Assembly: GCF_044704955.1 (NCBI RefSeq)
Contig: NC_091989.1
Coordinates: forward strand, 142,538,001 to 142,602,000
DNA: 64,000 nucleotides
Direction: 5' to 3'
From: Pristiophorus japonicus
Taxonomy: Eukaryota
Part shown: piece by piece, positions 24,873 through 37,829 of the stretch
Layout of the letters: each line of letters begins with the position of its first letter
Position numbering within the stretch: the stretch's first letter is position 1
The notes under the pieces: model-generated
The model's input: only the letters and a program-made list of their open reading frames with translations
The model's database searches: none
Told to the model about the DNA's origin: nothing
Program-made: the position numbers and the translations under genes

Positions 24873-26470
24873 GTGAGTGTGGCAATAATACCTTAAGTGT
24901 AATCCTTCAAGAACAGTGTTAGGAGTTTTTTTTTACTATATTCACTGGAAATGCTAGTCAAATAAAGTCAAATAAAAATTCCATATGATTTTGAAAAGTG
25001 TAAAAATGTGCTGATGAGAAAAGTACAGAGATGCAAATATTGTCAATTGGATATCTCTTGGCGCAAAGTTTGCTATAAAATGACAAACATAGAAGTTGGC
25101 ATCACCTGTTTGAGCTAAACAAATGGATTTTTTGAGATCCATTCTCTGACAGATTTTAATATACCCATCGGTAAGAGACGATGAGAGAAAAGCACTTCCA
25201 AAATTTAGTTGAATGCTCTTTAAGTTAGCTCACTGATAACGTTATATTTATGGATAGTGAAATATTCACTGAGACGGCCCAGTCTTCTGCTGTAATATGT
25301 GAAAAAGTCAAAATAGATTCTGAAACTAGATTTAACAACAACCTATTGATTTGGAACTTCACTTAAAGTTGCATATTATGAAAAGTGGGGAAAAGAATAG
25401 AAAATTAGCATGAGACTGGAGTTGTGCAATAGATTTTACATTGTTAAGTAGTGAACTTGAAAAATGAACGTTAATGTGTTTGCACCATCACCAAGCGAGT
25501 TTGGGTTATAGAAAGTAAACCAGTGTTATATGGGTAGCTGATATATCCAGTAAATTGGTAGAAAAGACCATTTATGTGGAACAGAATATAGCTGAGCAGC
25601 AATAGGGTGCTACTAGTGAGAATCAGGTCCAAAAAACGACATACAATAAGCGAAAATAGATAGTTCTGACAGAGAAGACAGAAAAACCGTCTGAAGATGG
25701 CCTTGCAAAATTATGCAGTCAAAAAAAACAGATCTACTGACAGAATGAGAATCGTCACACTTTAACATCTCGGAAGGAATATTTGTAAAGAAATTAAGGA
25801 GCTTGAAGAAAGAGATTTGACAGCATATTGGTTTAGAAAATTTCCAATCACCTCTGGGCTTGAATTTGTCCAATCCAAGTTGATAGGTTTAAAAATCACC
25901 TCTGCCTAATAGCTGCTAAAAGTCATGAGGGAGATTTGACCCAATTTCGATTAGATACTATCCATGACCCATAATTCAACACTAATCAAGGAATCTCGCT
26001 CAGAAGCCCCAAATACAGCTGGCACAAAAAAGTAGAAATGTCACACTATAGTACGGTACTTTTTTAGATGTTAATGTGTCGCTACATGTTGTATATCTTC
26101 TTGAAGCAAGCTATTTTAAATTCTGCTGAGTTCAAAGTGGCACATACTGACTTTGGCATAGACTGGATTGCTACAGGACTATTTCTAGAATCAAAGGAAG
26201 GGTGGCACTGTGCATTGATGCTCCAATACACCAAGCACAGGGGGTATGGCTGAGCCTGAAATTTCCAGCACTGCAAATGACCAATGCCAGCTGCTCTTCT
26301 GCGAGGTACCTAGAGCACAGAGTGGTCTTAAACGGAGTGACTTAAAAGAGTGTTTTATTTGGGTATTTGGAAAGAATGGGAATTTGGAGAAGAGGGGGAA
26401 AGAATGGCTGCTTTTTGCCTACACTACTTGTAGTGCTTTGCGTTACAGGTAGATATTTAATTTCATTACC

Positions 26471-26892
26471 CATCATCATCATCATAGACAGTCCCTTGAA
26501 ATCGAGTAAGACTTGCTTCCGCTCTAAAAGTGAGTTCTCAGGTGACTGAACAGTCCAATACGGGAATTACAGTCTCTATCACAGGTGGGACAGACAGTCG
26601 TTGAAGGAAAAGGTGGGTGGGGAGTCCGGTTTGCCGTATGCTCCTTCCGCTGTCTGCGCTTGTTTTCTGCATGCTCTCGGCGACGAGACTCAAGGTGCTC
26701 AGCGCCCTCCCGGATGCTCTTCCTCCACTTAGGGCAGTCTTTGACCAGGGATTCCCAGGTGTCGGTGGGGATGTTGCATTTTATCAAGGAGGCTTTGAGG
26801 GTGTCCTTGAAATGTTTCCTCTGCCCACCTTGGGCTCGTCTGCCATGTAGGAATTCCGAGTACAGCGCTTGCTTTAGGAGTCTTGTGTCAGG
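26471..26892 (-). mobile_element. RTE-clade LINE 3' fragment
   Basis: C-terminal C2H2 finger CPTCDRDCNSRIGLFSHLRTH; (cat)n tail. Confidence 0.85.
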
Positions 26893-26984
26893 ATCAGTTA
26901 ACTATTCAAGGAACTAAACTGTAAACTAAATTACTTAAATACAAATTTAATTACATTTAATTAAATAGAACAAGGTCATATAGG

Positions 26985-28685
26985 GATGGCAGTGCAGGAG
27001 GTGTGCCACAACTGCAGCATGTGGGAATTTGTGGAGAGTATTATGATCCTGGACAACCACGTTTGCGATAAGTGCCTGCATCTTGAGGAAATTTAGCTCA
27101 GTTGTTGAGCTGGAGTCTGAGGTGCAGACATTGCAGGGAATCAGGGAGGGGGAAAGTTACCTGGACACTTTGATCCAGGAGTCAGTCACACTCCTTAGAT
27201 AGTGGTACAGGTCTGGTTAGTGGTCAGGGACAGGAGTTGGAATAAACGGGTCATTTTTGTGTTAGCAGGCTGTCGCTTGTGGGGTACCGTAAGGAATGGT
27301 GCTTGGGCGCCAGCTAGTCACAATCTATATCAATGATTTGGATGAAGGGACCAAATGTAATACAGGTACAACGTCCAGAATCCTCAGGACCAAATCCATT
27401 CCGGTTTTGGGGTTTTTCTGGATTTTAGGCAAGAAAATCAAGTCTGAAATCCGAAATCCTCAACTGAATCCGTGCCGGGGTTTGAGTGGCGAGGTCCGAA
27501 ATCCGGCAAAACTCAAAATCCGACACGGATTCGGTCGAGGATTCCGGATTTCAGACTTGATTTTCTTGTCTGAAATGAGGAACACTCGACCGAATCTGTG
27601 CCAGATTTTGGGTTTTGCCTCAAAAATGTCTGGGTTTTGGACAATAATTCTGTATTCCGGACGACTCCATCAGATATGCATAAAATGTCCGGTTTTCAGT
27701 CAATTCCGGTTTTCGGAGTTCCAGATTTGGGATGTTGCACCTGTATATCCAAGTTTGCTGATGATACAAAGCTAGGTGGGAATGTAAGTTGTGTGGAGGA
27801 TGCAAAGTGGCTTCAAGGGATTATAGACAGTCTAAGTGAGTGAGCAAGGACATGGCAAATGGAATATAATGTGGAGAAATGTGAAGTTATCCACTTTGGT
27901 AGGATAAGTAGAAATGCAGAGTATTTTTTAAATGGTGAGAGATTGGGAAATGTTGGTGTTCAGAGGGACCTGGGTGTCCTTGTACACAAATCACTGAAAG
28001 TTAACATGCAGGTACAGCAAGCAATTAAGAAAGCAAATGGTATGTTGGCCTTTATTATAAGAGGATTTGAATATAAGCGTAAAGACGGCTTACAGCAATT
28101 ATATAGGGCCCTGGTGAGACCGCACCTGGAGTAATGTGCACAGTTTTGGTCTCCTTACCAAAGGAAATATATACTTGCCATAGAGGGAGTGCAACAATGG
28201 TTCACCGGACTCATTCCTGGGATGGGAAGATAGTCCTATGAGGAGAGGTGAGTAGAGTAGGCCTATATTCTCTAGAGTTTAGAAGAATGAGAGGTGATCT
28301 CGTTGAAACATACAAAATTCTTACAGGGCTTGACAGGGTAGATGCAGGGAGGATGTTTCCTCTGGCTGGGGAGTCTAGAACCAGGGATCAGAGTCTCAGA
28401 ATAAGGGGTCGGCCATTTAGGACTGAGATGAGGAGAAATTTCTTTACGCAGAGGGCGGTGAATCTTTGGAATTCTCTACCCCAGAGGGCTGTGGAGACTC
28501 AGTTGATGAGTATATTCGAGACAGAGAGCGATAGATTTTTGGATATTAAGGGAATCAAGGGATAGGGGGATAGTGCAGGAAAGTAGAGTTGAGGTGGAAG
28601 ATGAGCCATGATCTTATGGAATGGCGGAGCAGGCTCAAGGGGCCGAATGGCCTACTCCTGCTCCTATTTTTTATGTTCTTATGTA
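26985..28685 (+). mobile_element. Internally deleted CR1 LINE (ORF1 start joined to the RT 3' half)
   Basis: CHNCSMWEF ORF1-like start; IYINDLDEG...KFADDT; RRMRGDLVE; CR1 tail. Confidence 0.8.
27363..27743. mobile_element. Tc1/mariner-type (pogo/Tigger-like) MITE
   Basis: TIR caggtacaacgtcc / ggatgttgcacctg; TA TSD at 27361-27362 and 27744-27745; removal restores the CR1 reading TKCNISKFADD. Confidence 0.85.
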
Positions 28686-29354
28686 GAGAAGGTGAGGCAT
28701 GTCACCCCAGAAGGTCGGAAAAGTGAAGACAGTCACCTCGGCTACTCTTGCATGTTTCTTTATGCTGCAACGAAAATACAAGTATTGTTATGGGACAGCA
28801 CAGTGCGGTTTTTACCTTTAGAACTTAATTTAAGCCTGGGTTATCCTCTTACACAATGAGCGTAACAATTTAGAGGAAAGTGTGAAGTAGACAGGTTTCT
28901 CAGAGAGAAAAAACATTAACACTGATTTTGGAAATTGGAAAGAAGGCCACCAGTGGGATAGATAAGGTAACATTTAGCAGTGAGCTAGTGATTTGTTGCT
29001 TTTGAAGGATCTGTGAGAGTGCATGAAATAAAGGGCCCAAGTTTCGGGACGCGCCTAGAACGGTGCAGCCCTGACCTGGACACCCGTTTTTCGCGCCCAA
29101 GAGTGCGCCTAAAAAATACCTGCAGATTCTCCGGCTCCCTGCAGGTCCTTTGGAGTTTGGCGCAGCGCAGCACGAGCTGTGGGGGGCGGAGCCAGGTCCC
29201 TGCGCTGAAATCAATGCCGGGACCTCTGCATAGGCGCTATAGTGGGCACGCATGTGCAGTAGCTCCAGGCGCCCGAAACTGTGTAGGAGGGGCCCGAAGC
29301 ACGCAGCCCCTAGCCCTGGCCGAATGGGCTCACTGGGGCAGCGAAGATCAGGCT

Positions 29355-30450
29355 GCACCTCCCTCCTCCAGCTCCTGCTCTGGCTCCAGCTTCCTCCCCT
29401 GTTCAGCTGGCTCTCTCAAACCCCCGCCCGCACCCCCCTCCCCCTCCCCCAACTCCCGCTCCACTCACCCCCCAGTTCCCACTCGTAACCCCCCCCCCAC
29501 CCCAGCTCCGACCTCCCCCCACAGCTCCAGCTCCGCTCCCCCCCTGACCCCCCCCAGCTCCCGCTCCGCTCCCCTCTGGACCCTCACAGTTCCCGCTCCG
29601 ACCCGCCTCCACCCCAGCTCCCGCTCCGACCTCCCCCGCAGCTCTCGCTCCGTTCCCCCCCGGAACCCCCAGCTCCCGCTCTGCTCCCCCCCCCCCAGTT
29701 CCCGCTCCGCGCCCCCCCCCCCCCCAGCTCCCGCTCCGACTCCCCCCAGCTCCCGCTCCGAACCCCCCCCCCCCCCCCAGCTCCCACTCTGAGACCGCCC
29801 CAGATCCCGCTCCGACCCCCCCCAGCTCCCGCTTCGACCCCCCAGCTCCCGCCCAGCCCCCCCCCCCCCCAGCTCCCGCTCCGACGATCCCCCCCCCACC
29901 CAGCTCCCGCTCCAATGACTCCCCCCCAGCTCCCGCTCCGACGACCCCACTCCCAGCTACCACTCCGATGACCCCTCCCCCCCCCCGCAGCTCCGGCTCC
30001 GACCTCTGACGACCGCCCCCCCCCCCAGCTCCGGCTTCCCCGGGCCACTTACCTTTAACTCCGGTCTGCTCCTTCTTCCTTCGGCAGGGCCCGCCCGCCC
30101 GACATCTTGGGCCNNNNNNNNNNNNNNNNNNNNNNNNNNNNNNNNNNNNNNNNNNNNNNNNNNNNNNNNNNNNNNNNNNNNNNNNNNNNNNNNNNNNNNN
30201 NNNNNNNNNNNNNNNNNNNNNNNNNNNNNNNNNNNNNNNNNNNNNNNNCCCTCCCTCTCTCTCCTCTCCCCCTCCTCTCCTTTCCTCTCCCTCCCTCCCT
30301 CTCCTCTCCCCCTCCCTCCCTTCCCTCCCTCTCCCCACCCCTCCTCCTCCCCCCTCCTCCTACCCACCCCTCCCCTCCTCCTCCTCTCCCCCTCCCCACT
30401 CCTCCCCCTCCTCCCCCACCCCTCCCCCCTCCTCCCCCACCCCTCCCCTC
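29355..30450. repeat. C-rich minisatellite (ccccagctcccgctccga-like units) and CT-rich low-complexity tract
   Basis: Directly visible tandem units with variable C-runs. Confidence 0.9.
30114..30248. other. Assembly gap (135 N)
   Basis: Run of n. Confidence 0.99.
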
Positions 30451-31779
30451 GCTGTCAGAAACACATAGACACTGATAGACAGAGAGACACTTACACTGAC
30501 AGATAGAGAGTGAGAGAGAGACACACAGACAGACAGAGAGAGAGAGAGACACTGACAGAGACAGAGAGAGACACACTTGGGGGGGGCCCCGTCCCAGCAT
30601 GCTGTTGGAGGGCTCCCGGTGCTGCAGTCGGTGAGTAGAACATTTTTTATTTATTGATTTTTTAATTTTTTATTACATTTTTTTGATTGATTTATTGGTT
30701 GATTTATGATGTATTTATCATTTATTATTGATGATGGCTCTTTATTGTAAAACTGAAGTGTTTAATATTTGTAAACTTCCCTTTACCCCCCCTCCCCACC
30801 CCACCCCCGTTCCCTACGCCTGATTTATAACCCAAGCCTGATTGTGTAAGTGTAAGCAAGGTTTTTCTGAGCGTACAAAAATCTACACTTACTCCATTCT
30901 AAGTTAGTTTGGAGTAAGTTTTCACTGCCTAAACTTTCAAAATGGGCGTAAGTGGCCGGACACGCCCCCTTTTGAAAAAAAAATCTGTTCCAAACTGAAA
31001 CTGTTCTAACTGACTAGAACTGGAGCAAACTAAATGCCGAGAATTGCAATTTCTAAGATACTCCATTCTAAACCAGTTGCTCCAAAAAAACAGGAGCAAC
31101 TCAGGCCGAAACTTGGCCCCAAAGAGACAAGCCCAGAGGATTATAGGAAAGATGCAATTGGCAACATTCCAAAAGAAGGAGACAGAGCAATGTTCGATCT
31201 CTGCAATGTGATGAACTTTCTGTGGAACACAGGAAAGGTAATAAAGACACTTCTGTTAAAAAGAATTGAAGAGGCAGTACACAACAATAAAATGGAGACA
31301 GCTACAGTGAGGCCTCAGAAAGAACTATTCATTTGCCCAATAAAATGTTGTCCTAAAAAAACTAATTAAGAAAAGCTAAGAATTTCAATGGAATCTCATC
31401 AGGTTTATAGATTTTTTTCTAAAAAACCCTCTGGCCACATATAAAGCTAACTTTTAGGATAGTTGTGAGATTAGGTGATAAAATAAAACAAAATAGTACC
31501 ACTGTCTGAAGATTTGAATGCAGGTTTTAAATATGCAGTTAAAATTGTTGGTCAATCAAATTGTTAAAGGCTGGCACCAGACAGCAATGCATTATTCTTT
31601 GTTTTAGGCCAGCTACATAATACATTATGAAATCAGCTGTGCACAGAAAAAGATTAAATGGAAAAGGAAAAAGTTACTGAAAGATATTCATTTTCAAACA
31701 ACACAATACTAGAGTTTGACAAAGATTGTGAAGAAAAAGGTTTAGATATGTATACATTTTGGTTGGAAGAATAAGGAGG

Positions 31780-32360
31780 CCATATATTCCTTGGAAAATA
31801 AGTGTCCAAATGAGGTATAGAAGCAGAGAAATCTGGGGGTACAAAATCATTTAAAGTAGCGACACAGGTTAATAAGACCATAACAAATCAAACAAAGCAG
31901 TAGGGTTCATTTCTAGAGGGATAGAACTGAAAAGCAGGAAAGTTATGTTAAACGTGTACCGATCTTGGTTAGACCATACTTGGAGTACTGCGTCTCTGAA
32001 TTCTGGTCTCCATATTCTAAAAAGGATGTAGAGGCACCGGAGAAGATGCAAAAAGATTTACTAGAATGATACCAGAACTGAGAGGTTATACCTATCAGGA
32101 AAGATTGAACAGGCTCAGGCTCTTTTCTTACTAATAGTCACTAATAAATCCAATAGGGAATTCAGGAGAATATGGAACTTGCTACCACAGGGAGTAGTTG
32201 AAGATACTAGCATAGGGGAAGCAAGATAAACACATGAGGGAGAAAGGAATAGAAGGATGTGTTGATGACGTTCGATGAAGGAGGGTGGGAGGAGGCTCGT
32301 GTGGTGCATAAACACCGCTGTTGGGCTGAATGGCCTGTTCCTGTGCTGTGTAATACTATG
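31780..32360 (+). mobile_element. Old CR1 LINE 3' fragment
   Basis: LVRPYLEYC...RFTRMIPELRGYTYQERLNRL-like remnants and tail. Confidence 0.7.
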
Positions 32361-33297
32361 TCAAGGCAGAATCGATGATAATTAGAGAAAGATACACATG
32401 TGTCTTTAAGGGACAAACTTAAAGCAGTAATAAAAATCAATGTTTGAGAAGAAGAATGTAAAATATAAGGACCACAGAACCACCATAAAAGTTAGAGCAG
32501 AAATTAAATGGCCCCTGATTGTGGACTCCATCAAATGTAAGACCAGTATGTTTTGGGCATTCACAGAGTAAACAATAGTACACAACAGAATAGGCCACTG
32601 TACTGAAGAAGGAGAGGAGAGAATATCAAATGAAATCAAAAACTGGCTGGATTCAGCTGAAGAAGTGCCAGGAATGCAGCAAAGTGTGGTGTCAGTTGGA
32701 CATAAAAACATCACCACATCAGACTTTCCTCAAATGAAATAAATGTGTTTGTCCTTTCAGCCAATTTAATTTCTGTAACTGTATTAATCTGTACCAGTGA
32801 TCATTATAGACACAGATAGAACTGTAGGAATGAAACTTTTCATGACTCACTAAGTTGATAATTTGTTCAACTGTGTGATACTGTTCCAACAGTGCGATAT
32901 CTGAAAAGTACCAATGCAGACTTGTATCCGCAGTAATTGTTTGTCTTTCTCAGCACTTACAATTAAAGCAAAACACACATATTGAATGGCAAAGTGAGTT
33001 GGAGTAATGTTGTTTATCCTCAGCAAACTCAACTAATGTTCAGCCTCAGCAGTTGGGACGAAACATCTGCTCCCTCCGATAGCTAATTATTGATCCTTCC
33101 GTGAAATGACTGGGCAGATGCAGTCTCATTCCCAGTGACAGAAGTCAACAGCACAAAATATCCTTTTCCTGCAGAAATTCGATGTTGCTGACTTTGCCAC
33201 AATGTCCATTGTGTTTGGGCCAGAACACCGCTTTAACTCTGAAATCGAAATTCCTGATCAGTGCAGTTGAAAAAGACAAATTCAAAATTGTCAGCCA

Positions 33298-33430
33298 GAA
33301 ACAAAATACTGCGGATGCTGAAAATCTGAAATAGAAACAGAAAGTGCTGGAAATGCTTAGCAGCTCAGGCAGCATCTGTGGAGATAGAAACAGCGTTAAC
33401 GTTTCAGGTCAATAACCCTTCGTCACAACT
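33298..33430 (-). mobile_element. Penelope-like terminal repeat fragment with a degenerate hammerhead motif
   Basis: Minus strand reads agttgtgacgaagggttattgacctgaaacgttaac...cagatgctgcc. Confidence 0.55.
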
Positions 33431-33639
33431 GTTAAACAGATCGGACAGAATATCTTCTCTGATGACTAATTAATTACTGTAGCAACTAAAGAGTAGATGC
33501 TGTCCCTAAAATGTAATGAAACACATACCAAGTGATCTTCTGCCCCTTTGAATTAGTGAATATCTCCCTTTAGATTCTGCTGTATAATAAATAAATAACA
33601 AATGTATGGCTAACATGAACTTGTTGCATTATAAGATGT

Positions 33640-33745
33640 ATTTCATCAGTTCTGATGAAAGGTCATCGACCTGAATCGTTAACTCTGTTTCTCTCTCCGC
33701 AGATGCTGCCCGACCTGTTGAGTGTTTTCTAGCATCTTCTGTTTA
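33640..33745 (+). mobile_element. Penelope-like terminal repeat fragment with a degenerate hammerhead motif
   Basis: agttCTGATGAaaggtcatcgacctGAATcgttaact...cagatgctgcc; same family as 33298-33430, inverted. Confidence 0.55.
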
Positions 33746-33929
33746 TATGCTGCTTACCTTTTGATTAAGTTAAACATATGGGACAGAATATCTTCTCTGG
33801 TGACTACTATAGTTCCTGAAAAGAACAATAGATGTTACCCTAAAATTTAATTAAACCCATAGCAAGTTATCTGCAGCCGTCTGAACAAATGAATATCGCC
33901 CTTTAGATTCTGCTGTAAATAAATACCAC

Positions 33930-34322
33930 ATGCCTTGGAAGGAGTGCAGCATAGATTTGCCAGATTGATACCTGGACTCCAAGGGTTAAATTACGAGGAG
34001 AGATTACACAAACTAGGGTTTTATTTCCTGGAATTTAGAATGTTAAGTGCTGATTTGAAAGAAATTTTCAAGATATTAAGGGTAAATAGAGAGAAACTAT
34101 TTCCGCAGATTGGGGGAGTCTCGGACAAGGAGACATAGCCTACAAATTAGAGCCAGGCCTTTCAGGAGTGAAGTTAGGAAACAATTCTACACACAAAGGA
34201 TGGTAGCAGTTTGGAATTCTCTTCCGCTAACGGCAATTGATGTTAGGTCAATTGTTAATTTTAAATTTGAGATTGATAGATATTTAAGGGACATGGGGCA
34301 AAGGCAGGTATATGGAATTAGG
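33930..34322 (+). mobile_element. CR1 LINE 3' fragment
   Basis: EGVQHRFARLIPGLQGLNYEERL; FYTQRMVAVWNSLP. Confidence 0.8.
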
Positions 34323-37160
34323 CATAGAAACATAGAAACATAGAAAATAGGTGCAGGAGTAGGCCATTCAGCCCTTTGAGCCTGCACCACCATTCAGTAA
34401 GATCATGGCTGATCATTCACCTCAGTACCCCTTTCCTGCTTTCTCTCCATACCCCTTGATCCCTTTAGCTGCCAGGGCCATATCTAACTCCCTCTTGAAT
34501 ATATCTAACAAACTAGCATCAACAACTCTTTGCGGTAGAGAATTCCAGAGGTTCAAAACTCTGAAGTTTCTCTTCATCTCGGTCCTAAATGACTTACCCC
34601 TTATCCTTAGACTGTGACCCCTAGTTCTGAACTTCCCCAACATCAGGAACATTCTTCCTGCATCTAACCTGTCCAGTCCCGTCAGAATTTTATATGTTTC
34701 TATGAGATCCCCTCTCATTCTTCTAAACTCCAGTGAATACAGGCCCAGTCGATCCAGTCTCTCCTCATACGTCAGTCCTGCCATCCCTGGAATCAGTCTG
34801 GTGAACCTTTGCTGCACACCCTCAATAGCAAGAATGTCCTTCCTCAGATTAAGAGACCAAAACTTAACACAATATTCCAAGTGAGGCCTCACCAAGGCCC
34901 TGCACAACTGCATTAAGATCTCTCTATGGCTATACTCAAACCCCCTAGCTATGAAGGCCAACATGCCATTTGCCTTCTTCACTGCCTGCTGTACCTGCAT
35001 GCCAACTTTCAATAACTGATGTACCATGACACCCAGGTCTCGTTGCACCTCCCCTTTTCCTAATCTGTCACCATTCAGATAATATTTTGCCTTTGTGTTT
35101 TTGCCACCAAAGTGAATAACCTCACACTTATCCACATTATACTGCATCTGCCATGCATTTGCATAACCTGTCCAAGTCACCCTGCAGCCTCTTAGCGTCC
35201 TCCTCACAGCTCACACCGCCACCCAGCTTAGTGCCGTCTGCAAGCTTGGAGATATTACACTCAATTCTTTCATCTAAATCATTGATGTATATTGTAAATA
35301 GCTAGGGTCCTAACACTGAGCCCTGCGGCACCCCACTAGTCACTGCCTGCCATTCTGAGAAGGACCCGTTTATCCCTACTCTCTGCTTCCTGTCTGCCAA
35401 CCAGATCTCTATCCACGTCAATACATTACCGCCAATACTATGTGCTTTAATTTTGCACACTAATCTCTTGGGTTGACCTTGTCAAAGGCCTTTTGAAAGT
35501 CCTAATACACCACATCCACTGGTTCTCCCTTGTCCACTCTACTTGTTACATCCTCAAAAAATTCCAGAAGATTTGTCAAGTATGATTTCCCTTTCATAAT
35601 TCCATGCTGTCTTGGATTGATCCTGTCACTGCTTTCCAAATGCGCTGCTGTTTCATCGTTAATAATTGTTTCTAGCATTTTCCCCACTACTGATGTCAGG
35701 CTAACCGGTCTATAATTACCCGTTTTCTCTCTCTGTCCTTTTTTAAAAAGTGGTGTTACATTAGCTACCCTCCAGTCCATAGGGATTGATCCAGAGTCGA
35801 TAGCCTGTTGGAAAATGATCACCAATGTATCCATTATTTCTAGGGCCACTTCCTTAAGTACTCTGGGATTCAGACTATCAGGCCCTAGGAATTTATCGGC
35901 CTTCAATCCCATCAATTTCCCTAACACAATTTCCTGACTAATGAGGATTTCCTTCAGTTCCTCCTTCTCGCTAGGCCTTCGGTCCCCTAGTATTTCCGGA
36001 CGGTTATATGTGTCTTCCTTCGTGAAGAGAGAACCAAAGTATTTGTTCAATTGGTCTGCCATTTCTTTGTTCCCCATTATAAATTCACCTGATTCTGACT
36101 GCAAGGGACCTAGTTTGTCTTCACTAATCTTTTACTCTTCACATATCTGTAGAAGCTTTTGCAGTCAGTTTTTATGTTCCCAGCAAGCTTCCTCTCATAC
36201 TCTATTTTCCCCCTCCTAATTAAACCCTTTGTCCTCCTCTGCTGAATTCTAAATTTCTCCCAGTCCTCAGGTTTGCTGCTTTTTCTGGCCAATTTATATG
36301 GCTCTTCCTTGGATTTAACAATATCCCTAATTTCCCTTGTTAGCCACAGTTGAGCCACCTTCCCCATTTTGTTTTTACTCCAGAAAGGGATGTACAATTG
36401 TTGAAGTTCATCCATGTGATCTTTAAATGTTTGCCATTGCCTATCCACCGTCAACCCTTTAAGTATCATTCGCCAGTCTATTGTAGCCAATTCACATCTC
36501 ATACCATCGAAGTTAACTTTCCTTAAGTTCAGGACCCTAGTCTCTGAATTATCTTTGTCACTCTCCATCTTAATAAAGAATTCTACCATATTATGGTCAC
36601 TCTTCCCCAAGGGGCCTCGCACAACAAGATTGCTAATTAGTCCTTTCTCATTACACATCACCCAGTCTAGGATGGCCAGCCCTCTAGTTGGTTCCTCGAC
36701 TGGTCTCGAAAACCATCCGTAATACACGCCAGGAAATCCTCCTCCACCGCATTGCTACCAGTTTGGTTAGCCCAATTAGTATGTAGATTAAAGTCGCCCA
36801 TGATAACTGCTGTACCTTTATTGCACGCATCCCTAATTTCTTGTTTGATGCTGTCCCCAACCTCACTTCTACTGTTTGGTGGTCTGTACACAACTCCCAC
36901 TAGCGTTTTCCGCCCTTTGGTATTCCGCAGCTCCACCCATACAGATTCCACATCATCCACGCTAATGTCCTTCCTTACTATTGCGTTAATTTCCTCTTTA
37001 ACCAGCAGCGCTACCCCACCTCCATTTCCTTTCTGTCTATTCTTCCTGAATGTTGAATACCCCTGAATGTTGGGTTCCCAGCCTTGGTCACCTTGGAGCC
37101 ATGTCTCCGTAATCGTTAATAGCTGCCTGTGCAGTTAATTCTTCCACCGTATTATGAATA
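34323..37160 (-). mobile_element. CR1 LINE, most of ORF2 (APE+RT), disrupted
   Basis: Minus ORFs 36667-36960 (YRPP, GDFN), 36110-36727 (SDH), 35502-36104 and 34422-35207; (catagaaa)n tail. Confidence 0.93.
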
Positions 37161-37164
37161 CTGG

Positions 37165-37400
37165 AAGGATTAGAGGAGAGATGAGGAAACATTTCTTCAT
37201 CCAGAGGATGGTGGGAGCCTGGAGTTCACTGCCTGAAAGGGTGGTAGAGGCAGGAACCCTCATCACATTTAAAAGGTACTTGCACTTAGAGTCCTAACCT
37301 ACAGGGCTACGGACTTGGTGCTGGAAGATGGGATTAGGCTGGGTAACCCTTTTATGACCGGCACAGACACGAGGGGCTAATGGCCTACTCCTGTTCCTTT
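37165..37400 (+). mobile_element. CR1 LINE 3' end fragment
   Basis: FFIQRMVGAWSSLPERVVEA and tail ggctaatggcctactcctgt. Confidence 0.7.
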
Positions 37401-37499
37401 GCATGGCTAACATGAATGTGATGCATTTTAAGATGACATCAATAAAGAAAGCTAATAAAAGGAATACAATATTTATCCTTATTCCTTTTATCTTTGTAG

Positions 37500-37829
37500 C
37501 ACCTCCTACAGTTTCAGTAAACACTGCAAACATTATCATTGAACCTGGGGAAGATAAAGCAATCATTTGTGAAATGAGAAACTTTTATCCAGAAAATCAT
37601 TCTGTCTCTTGGTTAAAAAGTGGCTCCAAAGGCAGTGGAAACCAAGTTAATATCACATCAAGAGCGGTTACAGGATTATCTCAACAAAATCAAGATGGGA
37701 CATTTAATCTGCTTTCATTCCTAATCATCAAAGGCAACCAAACGGATGATGGAGCTTCTTACTTCTGTGAAGTTAGTCATGAAGCTTTAAAGACACCTCT
37801 ACAAAAAGCTGTTAGTTTGACCATCAAGG
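37500..37829 (+). CDS. IgSF receptor exon 3: Ig C1-set domain
   Basis: tag|ca...aag g|gtgagt, phase 1-1, 330 nt; APPTVSV, IICEMRNFYP, VSW, NQDGTF, YFCEVSHEAL; three N-glycosylation sequons. Confidence 0.93.

Larger units (their letters stand above)
29033..31120. mobile_element. Harbinger-type MITE related to 7149-8129 (opposite orientation), with expanded C-rich repeats and an assembly gap
   Basis: TIR gggcccaagtttcgg / ccgaaacttggcccc; aaa on both flanks; about 30850-31120 is the reverse complement of about 7149-7440. Confidence 0.75.

Noticed and set aside
29013-30600. Long Pro/Gly-rich ORFs on both strands
   Set aside because: Low-complexity minisatellite spanning an N gap; no splice or domain support
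32850-33297. Possible extra exon in unique-looking intronic sequence
   Set aside because: No frame with a recognisable domain or convincing splice-site pair on either strand
24531-37829. Rearranging antigen receptor (Ig/TCR/IgNAR) segments
   Set aside because: The V exon includes its own G strand and ends in a splice donor; no recombination signal heptamer/nonamer or J segments seen
37500-37829. MHC class I/II or beta-2-microglobulin exon
   Set aside because: No peptide-binding-domain exons found; it is preceded by a V domain
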